Virus record (IMG/VR): IMGVR_UViG_3300044998_001165
Location: 1-51,939 of that record
DNA: 51,939 nucleotides
From: a virus
Lineage: Duplodnaviria > Caudoviricetes
Reading direction: 5' to 3' (one strand)
The position numbers and the translations under genes are program-made. Below are positions 35,545 through 45,071 of this stretch, one piece after another (position 1 is the first letter of the stretch; each line of letters starts with the position of its first letter). The notes beneath the pieces are model-generated. The model ran no database searches. It saw nothing but the letters and a program-made list of their open reading frames with translations, and was not told the origin of the DNA.

Positions 35545-35682
35545 TTAAGGTTTAGGATTCGGTCTTGCCAACTGCCCGATTAAGCCCTGTTTGGTAATCC
35601 CAGCCGAGTTGACCGGGATTACTATTATGTTGGCTTTGGGATCGTCGAAGATGTTACCCTTCTTTTGGATTATTGTTCCCAT
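35545..35682 (-). pseudogene. Truncated macrodomain remnant
   Basis: MGTIIQKKGNIFDDPKANIIVIPVNSAGITKQGLIGQL matches the macrodomain N-terminus, then stops at 45 aa. Confidence 0.6.
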
Positions 35683-36404
35683 ACCTGCATTCCACTTAAT
35701 CGTTGATAGCATTTCATCGTTGCGATTACGTCCTGCTCGCAATAGGCTGCGATTACGTCCTGCTCGCAATAGGCTGCGATTTCCTCGATCCGTCCATCCC
35801 AATAAGCCTGCCCAACCTGAGAGCCGTCCATATTGGTTTTAGGCGATTCAATGCCTAAGTTATAGCACAATTGATCGAGCGTAACAAACGAGTCTCGTAT
35901 GTTACCGAATGCCCACATGTCTTGTGTATCCAACACTTTTACCGTCCAAGGTTTATCATCTTGTTTCGGTGTTTGTGGAAGACGGGGCATATTAAGGATA
36001 AACGAACGCCGAGAGAGGTAGGGTAGATCAAATCCCTTCATATTGTGTCCCAATAGCCAAACGCCTGTCGGATCGTCTTTTTTACCCTGCATCAGCCGTT
36101 TTACTATGCTGACCAACTCACGCACAATATCAGCTTCACTTCCGACTATCTTTTTGGTATGATATTTTGCGTTTTTCTCATCCATGAAGCCGGTAACTGC
36201 ACAAACAATCTGCCCAAAACCACGATCAGCAAAAAGAGCTGATCTGTCAGTATAGCTTTCTTCGGGTGAAGCATAATCCTCTGCGAAACACTGTTCATGT
36301 TTCCGAGTCCACAACTCCTGCACTTTTTGCGGTGCTTCAGATAGGGATGGATACGCAGGAGCTGTTTCGAGGTCAAAACAAATAATGTTTGAATAAGGAA
36401 TCAT
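35670..36404 (-). CDS. PolB-related DEDDy 3'-5' exonuclease (start ATG 36404)
   Basis: ExoI CFDLET, ExoII GHNMKGFDLPYL, ExoIII YCEQDV (duplicated). Confidence 0.9.
   Translation of the reverse strand: MIPYSNIICFDLETAPAYPSLSEAPQKVQELWTRKHEQCFAEDYASPEESYTDRSALFADRGFGQIVCAVTGFMDEKNAKYHTKKIVGSEADIVRELVSIVKRLMQGKKDDPTGVWLLGHNMKGFDLPYLSRRSFILNMPRLPQTPKQDDKPWTVKVLDTQDMWAFGNIRDSFVTLDQLCYNLGIESPKTNMDGSQVGQAYWDGRIEEIAAYCEQDVIAAYCEQDVIATMKCYQRLSGMQVWEQ
35721..35781. repeat. 27-bp in-frame tandem duplication
   Basis: TGCGATTACGTCCTGCTCGCAATAGGC x2 plus a partial copy; encodes IAAYCEQDV twice. Confidence 0.95.
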
Positions 36405-36434
36405 AATTAAGGCACTAATTTTGATTTGAAAACT

Positions 36435-36442
36435 CAAAAATA
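36435..36442 (-). promoter_or_regulatory. Bacteroidota -7 box (TATTTTTG)
   Basis: Exact TAnnTTTG about 30 nt upstream of the exonuclease ATG. Confidence 0.55.
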
Positions 36443-36541
36443 TAGCAGATTTCGGCAGAGTTTGCTACTTGTCATATAAATAAGATGCGTCTACCGTGCC
36501 TGATAGACGCATTCCACACCCTCAAACTGATCGGTAATCTT

Positions 36542-37267
36542 TTATAGCGTTTGTAACCATGCCCGCTGATTGAACGGGTCTCGGGTCTCAATATTTTTCA
36601 AAGAGATGCCAATCTTTGCGCAGAAGTCCGGCACCCAAAACGAAGGGCAGGCTTTGTTGTGTACCTGATTATGACCGACAACTTTGATGTCGGGACACTG
36701 GCGGATCACTTCCTTGATGATCTTTGCAAAAGATGCCTCCTGTTCGGTTGTCATGGTATTTTTCGGATTCTTATACGCCGCATCCATGCCACCGATGTAG
36801 CAAATATGAACGGAAATAGGATTCCACTCCGCCGCGCCGTAGGTAATTTCAAAGGGTTGGAAACCGTCCGTCAAGTTCACATCCCACGTGTTCACAATGC
36901 GCCCATCGTATTCTACGATTTTGCTGTAACCCGGTCTGCCCCATTTGAGCGTCTCCATATGATAGCGAACGATCTGATCTGCATTCACCCCAGCCGATCG
37001 CTCCGGTGTGGCAGAGCAATGGAGCATCAGGTATTTCGGCATCGTCTTGGGGGCAAGAGCTATCAAGCCCAACGCCTGCAAAGTCTGTGATCCGACGATT
37101 CCGTCTTGTGCCAAGCCTTTTTCGCGTTGAAAGGCTAAAACGACGGTACGGGTTTCCTCGCCAAACCATCCGTCCACCGACAGTGCGTAGCCCCGCTTGC
37201 GAAGCTCGTTTTGGAGTGCGCGAACTTGATCGCCCACTGATCCGAATTTTAAGATTCCAAAGGTCAT
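36542..37267 (-). CDS. Endolysin: PG-binding domain plus N-acetylmuramoyl-L-alanine amidase (Amidase_2)
   Basis: VRALQNEL..VDGWFGEET..FQREKGLAQDGIVG; LHCSAT, ICYIGG, VGHN, KACPSF zinc ligands. Confidence 0.93.
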   Translation of the reverse strand: MTFGILKFGSVGDQVRALQNELRKRGYALSVDGWFGEETRTVVLAFQREKGLAQDGIVGSQTLQALGLIALAPKTMPKYLMLHCSATPERSAGVNADQIVRYHMETLKWGRPGYSKIVEYDGRIVNTWDVNLTDGFQPFEITYGAAEWNPISVHICYIGGMDAAYKNPKNTMTTEQEASFAKIIKEVIRQCPDIKVVGHNQVHNKACPSFWVPDFCAKIGISLKNIETRDPFNQRAWLQTL

Positions 37268-37277
37268 ATTTCATTTA

Positions 37278-38795
37278 TCATAAAGCGACAATACTCATTT
37301 TACTACTTTTAATTTCAACCGTTACGGGATCAGCATTCGTATTGTTACTAATGTACAATTCAAACGAGTCAGGAAGAGCGGGTGGTGAATTATAAGAACA
37401 GGTCGTTTCTGTCATACAGACTGCCAATGCACCCTTATCCGTTGTGTAAACCCGACACTCCGAATTCGGAATCACAACCCCGTTTTTAGCGATGAATAAT
37501 GACACGGATGTTGTACTGCCGTCGGTTGGGGTGAGGTAAGCAACTGCCGTTATCTGTACACGGATAGGCGTGCGAACGTTGTAAGTTAGCTGGTTATCGT
37601 TATGTATAAAACCACGGGAACTGATAAGGGTTGTTTGCCCATTGGCTTTTACAGGACTTTCCGGGGGCAATGGCATCGGAGCAGGTGCGGAATCTAAGAA
37701 ATTGGTCGGTGAAGAGGTGGTGAAGTAATAAGAAGCAGAAGCCCTACTATCTTCAACACCATGATTTGCCCGGTTGAAGATAATCGGGTTATCAAAAGTA
37801 ACCCCGTCAAACACAAGCCCGCCACCGTCAAAATCACATCCAATTATTTTGAACTTATGATCCCCTGATGGTAATATGTTAAACGCATTAAATTGTGTAG
37901 CAGGATCAAGGTAAATACCCGTCGTCCCTGCGGGAAATAAACCTTTACAGCCTGCAAAATCCATCCACAACCCAATTGAGGTGGTGGAGGTGGTATAGAT
38001 GTATTGAGGTGCGCTGTTAAAGTTAACTAACCCAATACGGTCAAATAGAACCGTTCCGCAAAAACCGTCTATTTCCAACCCGACTGAAAAACCTACAAGT
38101 GATCCCAATAAACCAAAACGCGTGGTATTGATATTTGCAATCCTACCCAAGTCTCCTCCCGGAGCTATGAAAAAACAGCCCGTTATGAGTAATTGCTCTA
38201 ATCCGTCCACATCAAACAATGTGAAATTGGTATCATTAAAATTTACTTGGATGTTATCGATATGCAACACCCCGCCGGTATTGGTCGAAGTGATAAAAGT
38301 ATCTCCGTCTGTTACACTACTTTGGAAAGTCGTAATAAACGTCCCCTGTCCGCGTAACGCACAAAATTGCGGACAGACCAATACATTATTACCTAAGTTA
38401 AGCGGTCCGGGCGCGAACTCATACAGCGTTTGATTCTGAAGGGTGATAACATTTCCCACAGGTTCGGGCAAATCTGCTAAACTATTCACATGAACCACGT
38501 AATTTAACGGAACGTCGTTTATGTTCGGCATCGTTACAAAAGGCACAGCTCCTGTCCAAGCTGTTAACAATGCCACATCCGCATCCCGCGCCGTATTGTC
38601 TGCATAATCCTCTAATTGAAACTGCCCCTGTGAATTGCTGAAAATTAACACATTGTCATAAAACGTAATAATTTCCGGCACATCGGCTTTATCAAAAGTA
38701 TGCAGGCTAACAACCGCCGGACTGGTCTGCCGAAGGGAAAACGTGGTCGGCGATTCGTCGTGTAGATCGTGTGTAAGCCGTGAATAAACAAGCAT
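37278..38795 (-). CDS. Putative structural fibre/decoration protein, beta-rich
   Basis: 505 aa; VNSLADLPEP..NVITL then a beta-helix-like region and a jelly-roll-like C-terminus; located in the virion operon. Confidence 0.5.
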   Translation of the reverse strand: MLVYSRLTHDLHDESPTTFSLRQTSPAVVSLHTFDKADVPEIITFYDNVLIFSNSQGQFQLEDYADNTARDADVALLTAWTGAVPFVTMPNINDVPLNYVVHVNSLADLPEPVGNVITLQNQTLYEFAPGPLNLGNNVLVCPQFCALRGQGTFITTFQSSVTDGDTFITSTNTGGVLHIDNIQVNFNDTNFTLFDVDGLEQLLITGCFFIAPGGDLGRIANINTTRFGLLGSLVGFSVGLEIDGFCGTVLFDRIGLVNFNSAPQYIYTTSTTSIGLWMDFAGCKGLFPAGTTGIYLDPATQFNAFNILPSGDHKFKIIGCDFDGGGLVFDGVTFDNPIIFNRANHGVEDSRASASYYFTTSSPTNFLDSAPAPMPLPPESPVKANGQTTLISSRGFIHNDNQLTYNVRTPIRVQITAVAYLTPTDGSTTSVSLFIAKNGVVIPNSECRVYTTDKGALAVCMTETTCSYNSPPALPDSFELYISNNTNADPVTVEIKSSKMSIVAL

Positions 38796-38807
38796 GGTTC
38801 TTTGTAA

Positions 38808-39086
38808 TTAAAAATAGGCTGCAATTAAGTTTCGCATGGCGATCATCTGGGTTTCATTAGAAAAACCTGAGATCACAATCATGCCTTGGATGTGCAATAT
38901 TGATAAAGTTTTATTCTTTAGATCAATGATATAACCCACCCTAAACTGAATGTTATTGCGGGCTAACTGTACTTCGACATGTTCGATGGCATCAATATTA
39001 GTCGAGCGGAAGCGGATATTTTTTGCCCCATCCAAGGTGGAACTGATCTGCACTTGCCCGTTTTGGAATGTTGCTAATCTATTCAT
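38808..39086 (-). CDS. Hypothetical protein
   Basis: ATGA overlap with the holin. Confidence 0.7.
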   Translation of the reverse strand: MNRLATFQNGQVQISSTLDGAKNIRFRSTNIDAIEHVEVQLARNNIQFRVGYIIDLKNKTLSILHIQGMIVISGFSNETQMIAMRNLIAAYF

Positions 39087-39583
39087 GATTCTTTTTTGAG
39101 TGCTTTATAAATACCGTTTTCGTCAAATTCTTTTAGCTTACTGACAAGCCATTTGGGGAAGACGCTCTTCTTGAAATACAGCTGACTAACCGCCTCTATA
39201 TTTTCAATCAATGAAAGAAACTCCGTTAATAATATAGCCGAATAGATGCCCCCTTTGATATAAAAAGCAAAATCGGCAGATATGGTAGCGATGTAGAAAG
39301 AGAAAGCAGTCGTCCCCCAAAAAGCACAACCATACATCAATACCTTAAGAATCGTCCTACCCATTTTTCGGGAAAAAATATTTCCTAAAGCCCAGCCCCT
39401 AACCAAACCACCCACAAAATCGGCGATCATTAACACGCTAAGGGCAAGGATAAAAGACAGTTCGTTCTCAAAGCCCCAGCCTTTAACCAGCTCCCAGCCG
39501 GGCAAGGTGGCAATACTTCCGAGCAAAACCATTGCGGAACGTGCCGGGGACTCAAACATTTTTATTACGGGTAGTGAATTCAT
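39083..39583 (-). CDS. Holin (Phage_holin_4_1-like)
   Basis: Several TM helices; ADFVGGL, SRKMGRTILK, EFLSLIENI motifs. Confidence 0.8.
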   Translation of the reverse strand: MNSLPVIKMFESPARSAMVLLGSIATLPGWELVKGWGFENELSFILALSVLMIADFVGGLVRGWALGNIFSRKMGRTILKVLMYGCAFWGTTAFSFYIATISADFAFYIKGGIYSAILLTEFLSLIENIEAVSQLYFKKSVFPKWLVSKLKEFDENGIYKALKKES

Positions 39584-39986
39584 AAATGATTGTGTTTAGA
39601 TGTTTAATATAATTAAGCAGTAAAGCCCGATCATCATATTTGCTGGTGGCATTGACGATCCAATACCAAAAAACCTTATTAGCCACTGCCAACGATATGG
39701 GAAGCATGAGCCAATACCAAACCGCATCAATAAGCCCCAGAAATAAGCCCCAAATCGGATAAAGCAAGATGCAAATCCAAATATTCATACAAACTGAACA
39801 GCCCCCCATGGGTTTGTACCACCATCCGAACGCCTCTTTGTTTCGCTCTAACCATCGTTTGTAAGCATGAAATATCTGCCCCTCCCTAATCAGGGAATAA
39901 AAGAATGATGAACAGCAAGCCCCGATTCCTCCAAGGAAGACTATCAAAGCTATTTTCAAAAGCTGTTCTACTATCGTTAAGGTCAT
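39552..39986 (-). CDS. Membrane protein with CxxC (DUF1360-like)
   Basis: TM helices and KPMGGCSVCMNIW. Confidence 0.55.
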   Translation of the reverse strand: MTLTIVEQLLKIALIVFLGGIGACCSSFFYSLIREGQIFHAYKRWLERNKEAFGWWYKPMGGCSVCMNIWICILLYPIWGLFLGLIDAVWYWLMLPISLAVANKVFWYWIVNATSKYDDRALLLNYIKHLNTIIYEFTTRNKNV

Positions 39987-40594
39987 GGCACAATAATATC
40001 AAAGGTAAAAGGGTCAATCACACAATTATATGCCTTCGGAGTAACCGTTACGGTATGCGTTCCGGGATCAGTGATTTGCACCAAAAATACTGCGTCTTGC
40101 CCGCTCAATGTGCTATTCTGTCCATCCCATTTTACGGTATATTCGTAAATATCTGCGGAGCAACCCGGCTCAGGGGTGATGCTGTAAGCATAGATGGGAG
40201 GAGTCGTCTGCTCAAGAATAGGGGTGATATAAAAAATACAGGAACAGACCGCCGGCTCCGGTGTTTTGCAATCGGAATATGTACCTTTTTCATGATGCAC
40301 ATGGATTTCAAAAACAAAACAATCCTTATCCAAGTAAGTGTAACGACTGTCATCCGGGCGGAAGATGTTTACGGTTACTCGGTTGTCCTCATTGAATTGT
40401 CCCGGAATGCTTAATGGGTCGTCTAAGTCAAAGGTACGCGAAACGATGAATGTCCCCGAAGTCGGGTAGCTATACTCAAAACGCCATTCACCCGCCATAT
40501 CTGCCGTCAATGCACCCAAAATGACGCATTCGCAGGGTGAAAAACAGCCTAAAAAGTAATTATTTTCACATCCACACATGATTAACAACCGCAA
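39983..40594 (-). CDS. Cys-rich putative virion protein
   Basis: In the structural operon; beta-rich; true start may be MCGC at 40579. Confidence 0.55.
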   Translation of the reverse strand: MRLLIMCGCENNYFLGCFSPCECVILGALTADMAGEWRFEYSYPTSGTFIVSRTFDLDDPLSIPGQFNEDNRVTVNIFRPDDSRYTYLDKDCFVFEIHVHHEKGTYSDCKTPEPAVCSCIFYITPILEQTTPPIYAYSITPEPGCSADIYEYTVKWDGQNSTLSGQDAVFLVQITDPGTHTVTVTPKAYNCVIDPFTFDIIVP

Positions 40595-41103
40595 TTAAGT
40601 TTAATCTCACAGGTTTTGGGAAGTGCAACCGCCATTCTACCACGAAAATAAAGGGCTACCAATGCGATCTTATCCAAGTTTTTAATATCCGTTACACCCG
40701 TTTCATCCACAAACACTTGCCACTTGTTGACCTCCGAACTGAGTAGCTCCCATTCATTAGAATAGTTAGCGAACCACCACCGCATCAAAAGCTCAACCTC
40801 CCACACATTTCTTTTGGGCGCAAAGATGACCAACCGCGACTTATAGGTAACAATGTTTTGATAAGTATTCGGGGAAGGTCGCTGACTGTTGTCGTATGCT
40901 ACGGAATCGGGTAGGACTAAATAAAAATAAGCCCCTTCCGTATCCGTGAAGTTGAGTTTTTTGCCGTTTTCGTCTAAAAGTTTGAATAACTCCCGCTCTT
41001 GTACGATATGCCCTTTCTCAAACAGTTGCTTGAGGTCGGGCGAGCTGAGTAGCTTATCCTTAAGTTTCGGAAGGTGCTGTTCAATCGTTATCATCTGCGC
41101 CAA
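40582..41103 (-). CDS. Putative tail terminator/completion protein
   Basis: Size and position after the neck genes only. Confidence 0.4.
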   Translation of the reverse strand: MAQMITIEQHLPKLKDKLLSSPDLKQLFEKGHIVQERELFKLLDENGKKLNFTDTEGAYFYLVLPDSVAYDNSQRPSPNTYQNIVTYKSRLVIFAPKRNVWEVELLMRWWFANYSNEWELLSSEVNKWQVFVDETGVTDIKNLDKIALVALYFRGRMAVALPKTCEIKLNCGC

Positions 41104-41702
41104 GGGGGAGTAGGTTCACGTGAGCCGGGCGGGAGTGTGCCTTGATTACGCATGATGAGAAAGGCAATGAAATCATACGTTTGCGCGGCGGGCTTGAGGA
41201 AGACCCCGAAGCGTTGTTCCAAGCCTTGCAGTTTGCCTTCCGCACTTTTGTAGCTGATGATGAGTTTGTTACCACGAACGACGATCGTCATTGAATTCAT
41301 CAACTCCCCGCTCCGAAAACGGTAGGGATGGCGTTTGATTTCGCCCTCTGAAGCATAATCCGCTTCAAATTGAGTCCTTTTTTTACCGATACTAATGCCT
41401 AAAATTTTCTTACCTCTGACAGTTACCCTGCGTCCGGCGCGTGTTTGTCCGGCGGTTAACTTGCCCCTTCGTTCAAAGTCCCGTCGCCAACGTGCTTGAG
41501 GCATCTGTTGCCCATCAGACCGGATACCTTCCTCAAAGATTCGTTCTGTCTCAAACTCCTTTATTGAGTTCAGATCGCGGGCAGATAGGGGCAACTTATC
41601 CAAGCCCAAGGCATCTTTCACCCGCGAGAACAAGCCTTGCGGAGTGAGTGCGTTGCGGAGTTCGTTTCTGCTTATTTGGTACGTTCTAACGCCTGTTGCC
41701 AT
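41091..41702 (-). CDS. Putative neck/tail-completion protein (basic)
   Basis: RIFEEG..SDG, RFRSGELMNSM, LEQRFGVF resemble virion morphogenesis proteins; position. Confidence 0.5.
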   Translation of the reverse strand: MATGVRTYQISRNELRNALTPQGLFSRVKDALGLDKLPLSARDLNSIKEFETERIFEEGIRSDGQQMPQARWRRDFERRGKLTAGQTRAGRRVTVRGKKILGISIGKKRTQFEADYASEGEIKRHPYRFRSGELMNSMTIVVRGNKLIISYKSAEGKLQGLEQRFGVFLKPAAQTYDFIAFLIMRNQGTLPPGSREPTPPWRR

Positions 41703-41705
41703 ATT

Positions 41706-41867
41706 TTATTTAGGACAAGTGGAACAAGGAGTTGTGGCTGATTTCCCGCCTTTTTTACTGTTTGGGCTATCGTAAACAACTTTACCCTTTAGCTTTTCGC
41801 CTTCGCTTTCTCCCGTTAAGCGGAAAAGCCGTACTGATTTAGTTACCATTTCTTTGAAGTTGCCCAT
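41706..41867 (-). CDS. 53-aa basic protein ending in CxxC (not in ORF track)
   Basis: MGNFKEMV...TTPCSTCPK*; fills the intergenic gap exactly. Confidence 0.6.
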   Translation of the reverse strand: MGNFKEMVTKSVRLFRLTGESEGEKLKGKVVYDSPNSKKGGKSATTPCSTCPK

Positions 41868-41868
41868 T

Positions 41869-42837
41869 TTATAAAGCTCTCTCAATTAGTGTGTTTCCGA
41901 TACAATGGATGCAGTGTTTGTCAAATTGCTTGAGCAAATATTGACTTTGTTCGATTGCCGACCGAACCGCCTCAACAAACCGTTTCCTGACCTTATTGAT
42001 TTGAATGGTGAGTTGATCTTGGTTGAGGGTGGTGCTATTCAACCGATCCGAACCCTGTGCCTCCAAGATCAATTCTTCCTGAAGTTTATACATTAAGGCT
42101 TCCGATAGCATATTTCGCATTTCACAAAGCAGAACGTCCATATTGCAAACCATTTGCACATCCGGCACGATTCCCCATGAATACCCGCTTGAATTTCCGC
42201 CGTCTACTCCCGTCAACCGCAAATGATGATCCTCGTAACTGAAACCGCCACAACACGCCGTTGATCCAAACGTGGATTGATTCATACGAACGTTGGCATT
42301 GTTAATGGTCAGGCTAACTTTTTTGGTTTTGGCGAAATAATAAACCCCTACCTCTTGCTCGATATTCGCTTCCAAATTGACGGGTACTTGTTGCTCAAAA
42401 GCCCCGTCCTTGATGATTAACGACGCATTCGGATAATCATCATGGCAAAGGATACGCACGCGGGGAATATAAACTTGAGCCATTCGGCTAAATTCACATC
42501 TCCGCTCAATAACCAAGCCCCGAAAAACAGGGCTTGGTGTGGCGATGAGCGAATCCGAAAAGTTACCGATTTGCGACGTGTGCATGATACGATTCAATCT
42601 AAACCCGCTTTCGGACAACTGGTTGACCAATTCGGTGCGGATATTGGCAAAAGCAAGGTTTAGCTTATTTTCAAATAACTGCTGTGCTGTTTCGGATGTC
42701 TCTAAATCGGCGATCTCGGCTAATCGGCTAACGTTGAAATATTCAAAGTCCTCCAAATAGTAGCCCGAAAAGGGCGGAACGCTATTACCACAGCCTTTCC
42801 GCGTAAACCCGATCAAATCACGATAACAGTTCAGCAC
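41869..42837 (-). CDS. Putative head-tail adaptor/head completion protein
   Basis: Directly after the capsid gene; helical ends with a beta insert; Cys-rich. Confidence 0.5.
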   Translation of the reverse strand: MLNCYRDLIGFTRKGCGNSVPPFSGYYLEDFEYFNVSRLAEIADLETSETAQQLFENKLNLAFANIRTELVNQLSESGFRLNRIMHTSQIGNFSDSLIATPSPVFRGLVIERRCEFSRMAQVYIPRVRILCHDDYPNASLIIKDGAFEQQVPVNLEANIEQEVGVYYFAKTKKVSLTINNANVRMNQSTFGSTACCGGFSYEDHHLRLTGVDGGNSSGYSWGIVPDVQMVCNMDVLLCEMRNMLSEALMYKLQEELILEAQGSDRLNSTTLNQDQLTIQINKVRKRFVEAVRSAIEQSQYLLKQFDKHCIHCIGNTLIERAL

Positions 42838-42848
42838 AAGGCAAAAGA

Positions 42849-43901
42849 TTAAGGAGTGGTGGTAATGACTGCGATACCGTTTACGTCTTGTAATTCATCT
42901 CCCGCACCGAAAGAATCGGAAGGGATCGCATACGGTTGGTAATGTTTTTCAATGACGATCGTTACGCTGTTATCTTTATCGCAGTCATCGTATTTAACGA
43001 ACATATCGAAACTGATGCCGGTAACAAGATCACGATAACGCCCCTTTTCCTGTGAACCGATTTGAACCGCCACCAATGGGTTACGATTCCACTCGAACAT
43101 TTGAAACGCGCCGGGTTTTAAGCCGATGATACAACGGTTGTTAGGAGTTAATAAAGTATCGGTAAAATCATCCCGGTACTCCGTTACGTTGTCAAAGATT
43201 GCAGGCATGTTGATACCGGTGTTAGTATTCATGCCACCCATTGTTGATCTAAAAATACGAAGGGTCGTTAACTCTGCCTCGCCGATTAGCATCACGTTGT
43301 TATCAACGCCCGTATCGTTCAAGTCTTTTAACATCGAAGCCCACTGCGAAGCTTTGATGCGTTCGTTGGTCGTATCGTACAAGTCGTAAGGTGTGGCAGA
43401 AAATAACGTCCCGCCTTTCTTTTTGTTTGGTAAGGCAGCGATGTAGCTAATAAGGGTTTGGTCAATATCAGCACAAAGTTTGTGCATGATATGCTCAATA
43501 GAGGTAGCGATCAAGTAATCCCGCCCTTCGCAAAACTCTTTTAACTGTCCGAAATCCAATTTAATGCTGTCGGAAGATACCCTTGTAATTTCGATAAGAT
43601 CACTTTTCCAGATCGGATCGGCGGCGGGATCACACAAGTTCTTCTCCGTATTGGTCGGCGTTCCTTTCGGTCGGCGTTGCATGTACTTGAATTCTACTTT
43701 TCGTAATTTGCCATCACCGCCACCGCCGGTAAAATCCGGAGCCTGTACATAACTACGGTTTAGCTGGCTGGTTGTCGCCATCACTACCCCATAGTTTCCA
43801 CGCCTATTTTGAGGCGCAAATTGTCCATTGAGGTAGTATTCTGCCATCCGTTGCTGGATGTTCACACATACTCCCTCAATGTAGTTAGAAGTTAAAGACA
43901 T
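42849..43901 (-). CDS. Major capsid protein
   Basis: 350 aa following portal and scaffold; HK97-like layout (E-loop region, backbone helix IEHIMHKLCADIDQTLI). Confidence 0.75.
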   Translation of the reverse strand: MSLTSNYIEGVCVNIQQRMAEYYLNGQFAPQNRRGNYGVVMATTSQLNRSYVQAPDFTGGGGDGKLRKVEFKYMQRRPKGTPTNTEKNLCDPAADPIWKSDLIEITRVSSDSIKLDFGQLKEFCEGRDYLIATSIEHIMHKLCADIDQTLISYIAALPNKKKGGTLFSATPYDLYDTTNERIKASQWASMLKDLNDTGVDNNVMLIGEAELTTLRIFRSTMGGMNTNTGINMPAIFDNVTEYRDDFTDTLLTPNNRCIIGLKPGAFQMFEWNRNPLVAVQIGSQEKGRYRDLVTGISFDMFVKYDDCDKDNSVTIVIEKHYQPYAIPSDSFGAGDELQDVNGIAVITTTP

Positions 43902-43957
43902 TCTTAGTTAGTGTTAGTTAGTTTATTGAAAGTACGTTGTGCTTTTGATAAAAGCAT

Positions 43958-44809
43958 TTACTTAATTGTAACGCCTTGCGCTTGCAAGTCTCGCAATACC
44001 GCATCCATGCCTGCCGGTAAAGGGCGTTGAGCTGCGTTGGGTAATTGCTGTTGATTCGGGTTATTTTGCGGAGTTTCAAGCGTCCTATTTTGTGAATTAC
44101 CCGATGCGGAGTTTTTCTTTAAGAAACCACCCACTTCGTCGAGGTATCTTTTGACCAAGTCTTGGGTAGGGATTTCTTTATGTGTACCGTCAACCGTAAT
44201 GGCTTGATTATCCTTTTTCAAAAAGCGGATCGGAAACGTTGCATCGCCTTTGACGATATTCCATCCCATCCCTTCCGTAGCCCAAGAGATAAGGCTCTTG
44301 ACGATTTCATCCGGGTTGCCAATCACATCAAATTTTTTAATAGCCTTGACTACTTCGGAACGGATTTCAACCGCATTCAGCTTTGCCTGCCAAGTCCTGT
44401 CTTTTTCTGCAAGCTGTTGCTCCATGGATTTCAATGTCAATTCATACTCCTGATTCTTTTTCAGCAAGTCCTGTTTGTCGGTTGATGCCTTACTTGCTTG
44501 CTTTTCGACCAGTAGCGTAATCAATGACTCAGGATCGGCGTTTTGGATGGTTTCCGCCGGAAGTTGCGATAAATGCTTTCCAATACATTCCTTCCAAGCG
44601 GTGTTAACCCGAGATTCGGCATCTAACTTAATCGGCTTTACAAACTCTTCATTTTGTAACAAGCGATTCCCAACAGTGTTGATGACCTTTTGGGAAAATT
44701 CAACGGAGTCGAGTGCCTGCACGGAAAGTTCGTCTTTGAAAGTTGTAGCAGCATCTTCCAACCCTAAATTTTGGAAAATATCAATGCTTTTGTTTAGGAT
44801 ATTGCTCAT
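43958..44809 (-). CDS. Capsid scaffolding protein
   Basis: Coiled coil, N/Q-rich disordered C-terminus; between portal and MCP. Confidence 0.65.
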   Translation of the reverse strand: MSNILNKSIDIFQNLGLEDAATTFKDELSVQALDSVEFSQKVINTVGNRLLQNEEFVKPIKLDAESRVNTAWKECIGKHLSQLPAETIQNADPESLITLLVEKQASKASTDKQDLLKKNQEYELTLKSMEQQLAEKDRTWQAKLNAVEIRSEVVKAIKKFDVIGNPDEIVKSLISWATEGMGWNIVKGDATFPIRFLKKDNQAITVDGTHKEIPTQDLVKRYLDEVGGFLKKNSASGNSQNRTLETPQNNPNQQQLPNAAQRPLPAGMDAVLRDLQAQGVTIK

Positions 44810-44837
44810 AATAGTTAGCGTTTATAGGTTAGTGTAT

Positions 44838-45071
44838 TTAGGCTTTAGGTTTGGCTTTGGCGGAGTTCTTTTCGTCGGTTGGTTCACTTAAATCGGACAA
44901 ACTTGCACTTTTCTCCTCCCTGATTTGCGCCTGAAATTCCTGCAAGCTGACGGTTGGATTAATGCGGACAAATTCTTTAGGCGAAGCCAACAAAATTTCA
45001 GCAACTACCGCCGTAACAGTTTTTTCTGTATTCGTTTTTAGATTACGAACAGTAACAAGGTCTTGGCTCAT
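44838..45071 (-). CDS. Hypothetical protein
   Basis: ATGA overlap with the portal. Confidence 0.7.
   Translation of the reverse strand: MSQDLVTVRNLKTNTEKTVTAVVAEILLASPKEFVRINPTVSLQEFQAQIREEKSASLSDLSEPTDEKNSAKAKPKA

Noticed and set aside
35591-35842. Repetitive ORFs (RNRSLLRAG / RLRPARN)
   Set aside because: Alternative-frame readings of the 27-bp duplication in the exonuclease
36485-36512. Terminator after the endolysin
   Set aside because: 9-bp hairpin (ATGCGTCTA/TAGACGCAT) is present but lacks a clear T-tract; function not supportable
9139-41723. 14-bp match TTAGGACAAGTGGA near the terS start and at 41710
   Set aside because: A few 14-bp matches are expected by chance in 52 kb, and one copy is coding
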